Origin: Malacoraja senta
Taxonomy: Eukaryota
DNA: 62,000 nucleotides
Assembly (NCBI GenBank): GCA_038087875.1
Contig: CM075989.1
Span: 6,696,001-6,758,000 of the forward strand
Direction: 5' to 3'
The notes below the pieces were generated by a model. That model was given only the letters and a program-made list of their open reading frames with translations, was not told the DNA's origin and made no database searches. The first letter of the stretch is position 1, and every line of letters begins with the position of its first letter. The position numbers and the translations under genes are program-made. This document shows positions 1-11,732 of this stretch, piece by piece.

Positions 1-399
1 ATCTATTGATTACATTGTTGTTACCAATCGAGTGGCAAGTTACAAAAACAGTGACAACGTCTCTTCAAAGGGCATGAAAGCATTTAATTTTAGATTCCAA
101 TCAGGTAGTCACAGTTGAGAATCAATTCACTGAGGCTTATTTCAGCCGAAATGCCATGAGTGCTGGTGGGCAAAGCTTTGATCTCCTTAGGGTGCCCGAG
201 CTTAAACTAAACACATCCAGTGGGCTGTGAATGGGAACTGATTCTTCGGTTTCTTTAAAGCAGCAAGGTCAGCAAAGTAAAAAAAAAACTGCGGCAATCT
301 TCAATGCAAAGAGAAAAGGCTGAAGATGCTCAGAAGGTCAGGCAGCATCTACGGAAAGGAAAACAGAGGCAAGGCTTCAGGTGAAAGACTGCATGGTCG

Positions 400-710
400 A
401 GGGGCGGCAATGGTAGAGTTGCTGCCTTACAACACCAGAGACCCGGGTTCGATCCTGACTAGGGGTGCTGTCTGTGTGGAGTTTGTACTTTCTCTGTGTG
501 ACTGCGTGGGTTTTCTCCTGGTGCTCCGGTTTTCTCCCACACTCCAAAGACTTACAGGTTTGTAGGTTAAGTTGCAAAAAGCATCCCCAGTGTGTGTAGG
601 TTACTGTTTGTGAATGGCATGACTGCCAGTGATCGCTGGTTGGCACCGGCTCAGCGGGCCGAAGGGCCTGTTTCCTCGCTGTATCTCTAAAGTCTAAAGT
701 GTAAAATCTA
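400..710 (+). mobile_element. HE1-like V-SINE
   Basis: tRNA-like head with B box GGTTCGATCC, V-domain CTCCGGTTTTCTCCCAC and CR1-like tail GGGCCGAAGGGCCTGTTTCC. Confidence 0.85.
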
Positions 711-949
711 CAGTTTCTGGTGTCTCCTCATTACATCCTTCCAGAGAGTGAAGTGAGTGCCTCAGCCGAACGTGTAGTATCCCCCTTAGTGTTTGCAAGA
801 GAAATTCAGCTGAGAACTTTGTGCATAATTCTCAGCTGGAACTTAAACCTGAAACCTACACAACATGGCTGCCACCCAAGGAAGCATGGTCACCTGCATT
901 ATTGTGGAAAAACAGAAACATGGAACGGCAGATTTACAAAAAAGGGCAC

Positions 950-1488
950 AATAGACAATAGACAATAGGTGCAGGAGTAGGCCATTTGGCCCTTCGAGCC
1001 AGCACCGCCATTTAATGTGATCACGGCTGATCATCCCCAATCAGTACCCCGTTCCTGCCTTCTCCCCATATCCCCTGACTACGCTATTTTTAAGAGCCCT
1101 ATCTAGCTCTCTCTTGAAAGTATCCAGAAAACCGGCCTCCACCGCCCTCTGAGGCAGAGAATTCCACAGACTCACCACTCTCTGTGAGAAAAAGTGTTTC
1201 CTCGTCTCCGTTCTAAATGGCTTACTCCTTATTCTTAAACTGTGTGGCCCCTGGTTCTGGACTCCCCCAACATCGGGAACATGTTTCCTGCCTCCAGCGT
1301 GTCCAAACCCTTAACAATCTTATATGTTTCAATGAGATCCCCTCTCATCCTTTTAAACTCCAGAGTGTACAAGCCCAGCCGCTCCATTCTCTCAGCATAT
1401 GACAGTCCCGCCATCCCGGGAATTAACCTTGTAAACCCACGCTGCACTCCCTCAATAGCAAGAATGTCCTTCCTCAAATTAGGGGACA
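950..1488 (-). mobile_element. CR1 3' fragment
   Basis: SPNLRKDILAIEGVQRGFTRLIPGM...RTRGH; (CTATTGT)n tail. Confidence 0.9.
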
Positions 1489-1647
1489 CAAAACGCTGGA
1501 GTAACTCAGCGGATAGGGCAGCATAACTGAAAAACATGGATCGTCTGAAGAATCTGAAGTTTGAAGAAGGGTCCCGACCTGAAACGTCACCCATCCATGT
1601 TTCTCCAGGGATGCTGCCTGACCCGTTGAGGTACTCCAGCACTTTGA

Positions 1648-1913
1648 ACGGCCTGTCCCACTTGGGCGTCATTTGCGCGTCACGCAGGTGGCGCACGAAG
1701 ATTTCGTGAATCCCAAAATCCTAGGGCGCTGCGCACGACCGTGCGTCACTGCCTACGTCACCACGCACCATGCGCGCGTAATGCACGGTATGCGCGCGTA
1801 AATTACACGCCATGTGAGTATCACTAGCGTCACGATGTGCGCGTCGTGCGTCGTGACACGTAAATGATGTCGCGTAAATGACGGGCAAATGACGCCCAAG
1901 TGGGACAGGCCCT
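1648..1913. mobile_element. PIF/Harbinger-type MITE
   Basis: TIR (A)xGGCCTGTCCCACTTGGGCGTCATTTGC at both ends; 3-bp TSD TGA. Confidence 0.85.
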
Positions 1914-2097
1914 TGAGTCTTTCTTTGCTTTACTGTGGATATCAAGGTGAAGATATCAAGCAATCTGTTTTTAATATAATTAACACTGCCCTGGTTTCTG
2001 CAGTGCCTCACATTTTTTGTCTCTCCATCTCTGGCCTTTGTCTAACCTTCTGCCAATTAGATACGCAAGCACACACGTGTCCACCCATCATTTCTAG

Positions 2098-2292
2098 ACA
2101 CAAAGTGCTGGAGTAACTCAGCGGGTCAGGCAGCATCTCTGGAGAAAACGGCTGGGTGACTTTTCGGGTCGGGACCCTTCTTCAGGTTGACCCTAAACGT
2201 CAACCATCCTTTTTCTGCAGAGATGCTGCCTGACCAGCTGAGTTACTCCAGCTCTTTGCGTCTATCTTTGGTATAAACCAGCATCTGCAGTT
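2098..2292. repeat. Palindromic pair of Penelope pLTR-derived repeats (representative)
   Basis: CTGGAGTAACTCAGCGGGTCAGGCAGCATCTCTG... followed by its reverse complement; similar pairs at about 21212-21350, 34020-34260 and 55938-56110. Confidence 0.8.
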
Positions 2293-4699
2293 CCTTCCCA
2301 CACCTATCATTTGCCAGCTTTTGCCACGCACCCTCCTCTCTACCAGCTATCTCCCTCCATATTACAATCAGTTTGACGAAGGGTCCCGACCCGAAACGTC
2401 CACCGTGCATGTCCTCCACAGATGCTGCCTGACCTGCTGAGTCACTCCAGCACTTTGTATCTGCATTAATCAGGTTGGGTTGCTGCTGGATATTATTCCA
2501 TTGTTGGAACCGTACCCACTGGGACATGTGCAGAGAGTTCTGCTCCAAATCAATTCAATTAATTTCCTGGGTGAAACAAGGGATTGAGGCACTGGTGAGA
2601 TGTCAGGGATAAATACAGCGATCAATAGAGTCATACAGCGCACAGTGGCACAGCTGGTAGTGCTGCTGCCTCACAGCACCAGAGACCCGGCCTCGATCCA
2701 TGTTGTCTGTGTGGAGTTTGCACGTCCTCTCTGTGACTGCGTGGGTTCCCTCTGGGCGCTCCGGTTTCCTCCCACATCCCAGAGACTGGAAATAGACACA
2801 AAGTGCTGGAGTAACTCAGCGGGGACAGGCAGCATCTCTGGAGAGAAGGAACGGGTGACGTTTCGGTTCGAGACCCTTCCTCAGACTGTAAATTCGGGGC
2901 CTTTATGCTATGTTTGGCCTTGCGGTACATTTTGCAGCTGTCTTTGGTACCAAGGCTCCTTCACTGTAGCACGTACTAACTAACACATAACACATCGAGG
3001 CCACCATGTAGCTTCTGCAGACTATTTGCAAGAGCTCCAGGTGGTTTCATTCTGGCAATCGTAATGAAGCGTTATGTAAGAACACAATTAAATAACTGAG
3101 CTGCAATCGAATGTGAGGAGTGAGCAATATGTTGCTCATTTGAACAGTAAAATCGTAGAGTTGTGCAAGATGTAATTAGTTGAATTATTCATAAGCACTG
3201 ATAGGAATTACTGCAAAATACATTAATTTGACAAATACTATTGTTTGATTTAATTGCCAGTTTTGCTTTGCTTAAAGAGCTCTTGTCCTCATGATATGAT
3301 ATTTCACAAGACGTGTTGTAAGGTTTGCAAATGCAGATAATTGGAAGGGCAACTCTACCAAAGCAGCAGTATTGTCCTTAGCTAGGATCGTTTTATTCCT
3401 CGCAAAGCGCTGGAGTAACTCTGCGGGTCGGGCAGCACCTCTGGAAAACACGGATAAGTCACGTTTCTGGTCGAGACCCTTCTTCAGCCCCATCCTGAAA
3501 CATCACCTATCCATGTGCTCCAGAAACGCTGTCTGACTCACTAGTTACTCCAGCACTTTGGGTCTTTTTTTGGTAAACCAGCATCTGCAGTTCCTCGTAT
3601 TATTCCCCCCCCCCCCGCTCCTCCCCACTTTCCCACCTCCTGCTCGGAGCATGCCCAGATTCTGGCTCATGGGCAACATATCCCAGAGGTATGGGTACAC
3701 AAGGAACTGCAGGTGCTGGAATCTTACACCAAACACAAAGTGCTGGAGTAACTCAGTGGGTCACGCAGCATCTCTAAAGGACATGCGTAGGTGACGTGTC
3801 GGGTCTCTTCTTCTAGGTTGTACTCGGTTGGGGTGTGAAAGCTGGAAAAGGGATGCCTCTCTCTACAACTTTACCTCTCCAGCTCTCATTGTAAACCCTT
3901 TCAACATTACCCCCCTCCCATTAGTACGGAACTTTTGCATTTTTCAGCTTGAAATTGTGCAATATGATGCATACTGTAGCGAGCCTTTTAAACTACTTGA
4001 ATGCAATATATATGCTTTAAATTGGATTAGCTATGAATAAGGTTAGAGTAAATTACATTCCTAATTACATTCCACAGTATGGTAGGGAATTCCCCCCAGC
4101 AGGTAGGGTAGCTGGGACATGTTGGCGGGTGTGGGCAAGTTGAGCCGAAGGGCATGTTTTCACACTGTATCAATCTATGACTACATTATACCTCCACCAT
4201 GCATGAATGCTTCAAAATCAAGTGATCGGGTTTTATTGCCATATACTCAAGCATAGAAACATAGAAAATAGGTGCAGGAATAGGCCATTCGGCCCTTCGA
4301 GCCAGCACTGCCATTCAATATGATCATGGCTATTCATCTAAAATCCGTACCTCTTTCCTGTTTTTTCCCCATATCCCTTGATTTCGTTAGCCCCAAGAAC
4401 TAAATGTAACTCTCTCTTGAAAACATCCAGTGAATTGGCCTCCACTGCCTTCTGTGGTAGAGAATTCCAGATTCACAACTCACTATGTGAAGAAAGTTTG
4501 TCCTCATCTCAGTCCTAACTGCCCCCCCCCCCTTTATTCTTAAACTGTGACCCCTGGTTCTGAACTCCCCCAACATCGGGAACATTTTTCCTGCAGTTAC
4601 AGTAAGTGAAAATCTAGCAGGCAAGCAGGATGCTTTCTCCAACCACCCCCATTTGAAGTCCACTATCTTCCACCGTTTGTACCCAGTGCTTGGTACTTA

Positions 4700-5223
4700 G
4701 TTGTGGCCTTGTCGGCTTCGGAAGCTGCGGTCTACGGCAATGGAAGCGGCCGTTCCGGGTGGCGCAGCCGCTGTGAGGACTCTCCCGACGCCAGGGCGGC
4801 ATCACCCGGTGAGAACGGCCAGGAACATCGGGCCTCCGTAGAGGCAATGGCGGAGGCCTCATTGGGCCTGACTTTGGGTGAACTGGGGTTGGGGCCTGGA
4901 CATTGTGCCTTCCCCCACAGTGGTGGTCATTGTGGGGGGATGATTTTTGTGTGTTGTGTCTTGTTGGTCTGTGTTCAAGATGGCGGTCGGAGGGGAGAGT
5001 GGACGCTGGCGCGGTTTGGCTGCCGCTGCTCTCTCCTCAAATTATGTTTCTGATTTTCTTTTGTGCTTTTGGAGTGAATTCTGTCCTTGATTTGTGTATT
5101 GTGGTGTCTTTATAATTTATTTTATTCCGATTATGTGTTTCTTATGTGATTTTATGTCCTGTAAGGTGTCCTTGGGTGTCTAGAAATGCGCCAGCAAATA
5201 AAATGAATTGTTATTATTATTAT
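4700..5223 (+). mobile_element. Related CpG-rich retroposon with an L2-type (TTA)n tail
   Basis: Body similar to about 12190-12420; tail GTAAGGTGTCCTTGGG..AAATAAAATG..(TTA)n; absent from the paralogous site near 54960. Confidence 0.75.
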
Positions 5224-5226
5224 TAC

Positions 5227-5365
5227 TTCCAGCAACCACTGGTTGTCCTTCAGGATGCACCGAACCGCAGCCTGAACCATGCCGGTCACCTGGGCGAAAT
5301 TTGGCACAGAGACTCTCACGGCAGCGGCGCAACGCTTCCGACGCTTTGCACTGAGGCTGCTCCAT
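5227..5365 (-). pseudogene. tdp2: TDP2-like exon 1, copy A (frameshifted; donor disrupted by an insertion)
   Basis: MEQPQCKASEALRRCRESLCAKF, then a +1 shift to FAQVTGMVQAAVRCILKDNQWLLE, then GTA. The retroposon at 4700-5223 sits within the donor site. Confidence 0.6.
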
Positions 5366-5609
5366 GGCCGGAGCTGCAGTGAGCGACTCGCCAGCCCGGC
5401 AAACACTCGCCAGCCCCGCTCCCCGTCCACATCTGTCCCCGCCGCTGCTTCTGCTTCCAACACCCATGGCCCATGCAGTTGATATGAGTTTTGGAATTTT
5501 CGTTGATCACAGAATTTCTCACAACAGAGCGAGAGAACTTTGTGATCAGCGTGAGAATTTGGCGAAATGCGTGATTCTCACGCTCAATGCATGGGAGTTG
5601 GCAGCCCTG

Positions 5610-6535
5610 CCTCTCTATCCCCCTCTCCCCCCCTCTCTCTCCCCCCTCTCTCTCTCCCCCCTCTCTCTCCCCCCTCTCTCTCTCCCCCTCTCTCTCCCAC
5701 CTCTCTCTCACTCCCCTCTCTCCTCTCTCTTTCCTCTCTTTCTCTCCCCTCTCTCTCTCTCCCTCCCACCTCACTCTCATCCCTCTCTCTCTCCCCTCTC
5801 TTCCGCTCTCTCCTCTCAACCCCCCTCTCTCTCCCCTCTATCTGTCCCCTCCCCTCTCTTTCCCCTCTCTCTCTCCTCTCCCTCTGTCTCTCCTCTAACC
5901 CCATCTCTCTCCCCTGTCTCCCCCTCTCTCTCTCCCCTTCCCTCTCTTCTCTCTCCCCCTCACTCTCTCTCTCTCCTCTCTTCCATTCTCTCTCCCCCCT
6001 CTCCCCCTCCCCCTCTCTCCCTCTCTCTCCCTTCTCTTTCCCCTAACTCTCTCTCGCTCCCTCTCTCTCTCCCTCTCTTTCTTCTCTCTCCCCTTCTCTC
6101 TCTCCCTCTCGCTTCCCCCTCTCTCTCTCTTCCCGCCTCTCTATCTCCCCCTCTCCACACACTCTCTCCCCTCTCTCTCTCCCCCCCTCTCTCTCTCCCT
6201 CTCTTCTCTCTCTCACCTCTCTTATCCCCCCTCTCCCCTCTCTCTCTCTCCTCCTCTCTCCCTCTCTCTCCCCATTTCTCCCTCCCACCTCACTCTCCCC
6301 CTCGCTCTCTCTCCCCCCTCTCTTCCTCCTCTGTCTCTATCTCCCATTCTCTCCTACCCTCTCCTTCCTCTCCACCCCCTCTCTCTCTTCCCTCTTTCTT
6401 CCCTCTCACCCCTCTCTCTCCCCCCTCCCTCTTCTCTCTCTCCATTCATGCCCCCTCTGTCTCTCCCCTCTCTCTCCTCTCACCCCCTCTCTCTCCCCCG
6501 TCTCCTTCCCCTCTCTCTCTCTCCACCTCCCTTTG
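5610..6535. repeat. ~930-bp CT/GA low-complexity polypyrimidine tract
   Basis: Almost exclusively C/T on the + strand. Confidence 0.97.
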
Positions 6536-6550
6536 AGAGTCTCTGTCCCC

Positions 6551-6895
6551 CTCGGCACAGAGACTCACACGGCAGCGGCGCAACGCTTCCGACGCCTCCG
6601 ACGGCCCGGGACTCTCGCACTGGGGCTGCTCCATGGCCGGAGCTACAGCGAGCGACTCGCCAGCCCGGCAAACACTCGCCAGCCCCGACTCCCCGCATTT
6701 GTATCCGCCCGCTGCTTCCATCCCTCCCTCAGCCCCGGCTCTCCAACACCCGCGGACCATGCAGTTTATCTGAGTTTTGAAATTATCGTTGATCACAGAA
6801 TTTCTCACCACAGAGCGTGAGAAATTTCTGATCGGCGTGAGAGTTTGCCTGAGGGCGTGATTCTCACGCTGAAAGCGTGAGAGTTGGCAGCCCTG
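6551..6895 (-). mobile_element. Third, truncated copy (B): transposon end plus start of the TDP2-like exon
   Basis: Terminus TTGGCAGCCCTG ends at 6895. Minus-strand ATG at 6634 gives MEQPQCESPGPSEASEALRRCRVSLCAE before running into the CT tract. Confidence 0.75.
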
Positions 6896-8214
6896 CTTAA
6901 AGCCTCAGTGTCTACACTTGCCAAGTACTCCATTGGCTGTGAAGCAATATAGCTAGCCTCGAAGGGGATATGAAAGGCTTTATAGAAATTCAATATTAAT
7001 TTCTCTATCTTTGTCGGACTATCTGCCACTCCTCCATTTCACAACATCTCGACGCTTTCAAAAGCCTTGCTGGAACGTGCATCTTCAATCACAGCTTTGA
7101 TCTCCATTCCAGGACATTCACCCACATTTCACTCTGTGCGAGCGACCCTTTGTGCAGTGGCTGGGGAAGTCTTGCTATTTTAAAACAGTTTCTGTCATAA
7201 AAATTAACAGAAAAATTCTCTCTTTTGTAAATAGCCCCGTAAGGAAAAAAAACATTTTGTTTAAAATATCTGCAGAGATTTAAAATAATCAATTGACATG
7301 CCTCCGGTTTTGAATATGGTTTATGCAATATATGTGTAGGAAGGAACTGCAGATGCAGGTTTACACCGAAGATAGGCACAAAATACTGGAGTATTTCAAC
7401 GGGACAGGCAGCGTCTGTGGAGAAGATAAATGGGTGACGTTTTGGGTAGAGACCCTTCTTCAGACTTTGGTCTCTCCAGAGATGCTGCCTGAGCTGCTGA
7501 GCTACTCCAGCGTATTAATCAATATACGTCTGGTAACACAATTTGAGATTTTTTATCTTTATAAGTGCAGAATGTTGCCCGGTTAAAAAAAAGCTTCAGC
7601 AAAAATTATACACTGCTGCAAGTAAAACCCACTTATAATTGGTGTTAAATGCAGGATAAGAGTAAGTAAAGAAATATTGCAGGAGGAGTGTGCATGTTGG
7701 TGTATACATAGTTCACAACTGAAAGTTTCTGATCCCAAACCAGAAAATCAGCTTTGAAGACCCAAATGGTCACCTATCCATATTCTCCAGAGATGCTGCC
7801 AGACCCGCTGAGTTACTCCAGCACTTTGTGTCTTTTTTTTTTGTAAACCAGCATCTGCGGTTCCTCGTGTCTCCTATTATTCCCCGCTACTCCCCACTTT
7901 CCCACCTCCTGCTCAGATCGTGCCCAGATTCTGGCTCCTGGGCAGCATATCCCATGAGAGGGATGGGCACACAAGGAACTGCAGGTGCTGGAATCTTGCG
8001 TCAAACACAAAGTGCTGGAGTAACTCAGTGAGTCCAGGCGGCATCACTGAAAGACATGCATAGGCGACGTTTCGGGTCGGGACCCTTCTTCAGACTGACT
8101 GTAGTCAGTGGGGGGGGGGGTTGGGGAGTGGGTGGGAAAGCTGGAAAAGGGATGGGTGGTCTTCCAATGGGCTGCCGATGTTCCTGCCTACAACTTTACC
8201 TCTCCATCTTCCAT

Positions 8215-8585
8215 TTGGGAAGGGAAGAGGGAAGGGAGAAGGTAGGTGCGAGTCCACATGGAGCACTGGGAAGAAGGGGTGGGGAAAGGGGGTTGGGGTG
8301 GGGGTTGGGGGAAGAAAGAACAGGGGGACAGTTTTGGAGTTACCTAAAATTGAAGAATTCAATGTTCATACCATTGGGTTGTAAGCTACCCAAGCAGAAT
8401 ATGAGGTGCTGTTCCTCCAGTTTGCATTTGGCCTCACTCTGGCAATAGATGCCCAGGCCAGAAAGGTCAGTGTGGGAATGGGAAGAGGAGTTAAAATGGT
8501 TAGTAACCAGGAGATACAGTCACCCTTGATGTACTAAGTGTAAGTGTCCGGTGAAACGGTTACGGAGTCTACACTTGGTCTCGAC
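8215..8585 (-). mobile_element. Degenerate Penelope GIY-YIG 3' fragment
   Basis: The reverse strand resembles 26760-27000 (EEQHLIFCLGSLQPNGMNIEFFNFR-like). Confidence 0.7.
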
Positions 8586-9199
8586 ATGTTGTTTGGCGGG
8601 CGGATTTGCTACTGTAACCCACAGTGTAGGCCGGTGATAAGAGAAACAGGGTGGTGTGGATGGGCAGGTGAACGAGAATGGTTCACAGGGTAGGAAGTGG
8701 GGAAACGGCATTGTTCCAAGAACTGGCATCGACTTGTTTAGGAAAGAACTGCAGATGCTGGTTAAGTCAAAGGTAGACATGCTGGAGTAACTCAGCGAGT
8801 GAGGCAGCATCTCTGGAGAGAAGGAATGGGTGAAGTTTCGGGTCGAGACTATAGGATCCCCATAGATGCTGCCTCACCCGCTGAGCTACTCCAGCATTTT
8901 GTGTCTACCAACTGGCAGAGACTTGACAGGTTGAATGTCACTTTTTACACGTCATTCGGGGTGGCATGGCTGCGCAGCGGTAGAGTTGCTGCCTTACAGC
9001 GCTTACATCGATCCTGACTACGGGTGCTTGTCTGTAGGGAGTTTGTACCTTCTCCCCGTGACCCGCGTGGCTTTTCTCCGAGATCGTCGGTTTCCTCCTG
9101 CACTCCAAAGACGTACAGGTTTATAGGTTAATTGGCTTGGTATAAATATAAATTTTCCTTTGTGTGTGTGTGTGTGTGTGTGTGTGTAGGGTAGTGTTA

Positions 9200-9367
9200 A
9201 GGACCTGTCCCACGTCGATTTTTTCGACGACTGCCGGCATCATTGACTGACGCATCAGGTCACCGAAAACGTCACGGCGTGATGAAGTATTGACGCACGG
9301 TGTTTCCTCAGGTGTTGCAATAATTTTTTTTTGTCGCCGGAAAAAATCGGCAAGTGGGACAGGCCCT
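9200..9367. mobile_element. PIF/Harbinger-type MITE inside a V-SINE
   Basis: AGGACCTGTCCCAC...AAGTGGGACAGGCCCT; TSD TTA. Confidence 0.82.
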
Positions 9368-10000
9368 TTAGTGTGCGGGGGTCGCCGGTCATTGCGGACT
9401 CGGTGGGCTGAAGGGCCTGTTTCCGCGCTGTATCTCCAAGTTAAACTAATAAGAAAGTTTGAGGTATGAGTATTGTGATTGAAGGAGGAAGAAGCGGCAG
9501 AAGCTGATGTGACTGGAATCTGCAATGAAGTCCGTGCGCAGCATTAACACGGACAAAGGTCTCAGAGCGTCCAAAGGCTGATTCTGACTCCACGTTCTGC
9601 GTTGCAGAACTGCAGTCCTTGAGTCACTATCATTGAAAGGTTGGTAATGAGTTGGAAGCAGTTCAACAAAGATTTGACTGCATTAAAACCCGCAATGGAT
9701 AGTTTGCCTGATGACAGAAGATTGGGTAGACTAGGCTCGCTTGTCAGGGTCACAGAGTCAGACAGCACAGAAACAGGCCCTTCAGCCCTTCATCTCCATG
9801 CGGCAAGAAACCCATCTACACTAGTTCCATCAAAGCTGTTAAGGGTTTTGCCATTAACTGTATACTTTCCCTTACATTCGACCTCCTAAAGTACAACACC
9901 TCACACTTGCTCGGATGAAACTCCATCTGCCATTTCTCTGACGATCACTGTAGCTGATCTATATCGCACTGTATACTTTGGCAGCTTCTTCCTCGTTGAT

Positions 10001-10270
10001 AGAGAGAGGGGGGGAGAGAGGTGAAGAGAGGTAGAGGGTGAAAGAGGTAGAAAGTAGAAAGTAGAGAGAGGGAGAGAGAGAAGGATAGGGAGGAGAAGGG
10101 AGGGAGGGGGGTGGGAGAGAGAGAGAGAGAGAGAGAGAGAGGGGGAGAGAGTGAAGAGAGGTAGAGGGTGGAAAGAGGTGGAAAGAGGTAGAAAGTAGAG
10201 AGAGAGAGAGAAGGAGGAGAAGGGGAGGGAGGAGAAGGGAGGGTGGGAGAGAGAGAGACGGAGAGAGACT
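10001..10270. repeat. GA-rich low-complexity tract
   Basis: Polypurine sequence with (GA)n. Confidence 0.9.
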
Positions 10271-10782
10271 GGGACACTGGGACAAACCCAAGACTACCAG
10301 CGCCACCATGTGGTCAAGACTGGGTTGCCGGGAAGAAGCCCCAGACAGCCAGTATCCCTACTGAGGCTCTGACTGAGTGGCGAGGGAAGCCTGAGATGCC
10401 AGTGCCTCCGCCTGAGATCACCATGCCGCCCCCTTCGTGACCAGGACTGAGCTGCCAGGACAAGCCCGAGATCGCCAGCGCCACCGCACATGATCCCTGG
10501 TTGTGAACAGCGCCCCATATGCTGCCCTGGACTTTCTAGTTACTGTAAGTAAAACAAGTGAGTTCACCCTACTGCGAGTGTCGGAGGTGGTCACTGCCGA
10601 ACCCACACCACAGATCAGTGATCCATCACAAGCCACCATCATATCTAAAGCCATAGCCATGCAATATCCATATTGCCAGTGACGAGTGGGTTGAACGACA
10701 CATCCTGATGTTGGTACTGCCGCTCACATCTTGAAGATGGTGAGTTGAGAGAGCTATGCGGGTGTTGATTGTCATCTGAATT

Positions 10783-10878
10783 GTAACCATAGCAACAATC
10801 GACACTTCCGGCAGGAGAGAACAATAAAACGCTGGAACGTTGAAGATCAGTGACGTGGTTTCACTTAATAATGAGTCA
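10783..10878. promoter_or_regulatory. Candidate enhancer: dense transcription-factor motif cluster
   Basis: RFX X-box-like GTAACCATAGCAAC (10783-96), SOX AACAAT twice, ETS ACTTCCGG (10804-11), TGACGTGG (10851-58) and AP-1 TGAGTCA (10872-78), in sequence not recognised as repeat. Confidence 0.4.
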
Positions 10879-11732
10879 AGAGCTGGTTGTTTGGGGAATG
10901 GTTTCTCCCCAAAGTAACACAATGAATAACATCCAATTACAGAGTGCACGAGGATGCCGGAACATGAAGAGAGATGGCTCGCCAAGTTTCTCCAGAGAAT
11001 ATTGACGCTTTACTAAATAAGTGCTGAGTAACTTTGCAGATCAGGCAGCACATCCAGGGATAAGCCCAACTTTGAAGAAGTACTCCAACTCCTACTCTTC
11101 AATCGTATTACCTGGTCTGGTAACATCTGACTCTATGACTCCGGAGAACGTGGATCGGATTGGACGTTTCAGATTGGGTCCCTTCTACAGACATTGGAGG
11201 GGTGAGAGGGGGGGGGGGGCGGAGAAAGCCAGAAGAGAGGAGGGACAGGACAAAGCCTGGCAGATAATAGGTTGTTACAGGTGAGGGGTGTTTTTTGACA
11301 GCTAGATGGTTGATCAAAGACCAAGGTGAAGAGGCAGGAGGTGTGAGACAATAGGATTGAAGATTTGCGAACTGTGAAGCTAGAGGAGAGGAAAACTTCT
11401 TCAAAGATGGGCAGACCTGAAGTCGATGTCACAGAAATGTAGAAGCAAGGAACTGCAGATGCTGGTTTACAAAAAGAACAAAGTGCTGGTGCATTTCAGG
11501 GGATCAGACAGCATCTCTGGAGTAGGAGAAGAACGTCTTCAAAGTAGGCATATCCCCAGAGATGCTGCCTGATCTGCTGAGGTACTCCAGCACTTTGTCT
11601 TTCTCTAGTACAGCAGTTTTACGCAGCTTCACCAAACCATTGTGCTGGTCACTCTCTTCGCCATCGGCTTGCTTCTGCCCAGTACAATGTTGGCTCACGG
11701 GTGGAGTAAGTCCGAAGAAGGGTCTCGACCTG

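Larger units (their letters stand above)
3909..5609. mobile_element. Internally deleted copy (A) of the 52133-55382 element
   Basis: About 3909-4079 matches 52230-52400, and about 4100-4699 plus 5224-5609 match 54366-55382 with the same junctions. Ends in TTGGCAGCCCTG; left terminus missing. Confidence 0.8.

Noticed and set aside
5364..6536. 390-aa Ser/Pro/Leu ORF and overlapping Glu/Arg/Gly ORFs
   Set aside because: Translation of a CT microsatellite, which lacks stop codons by composition.
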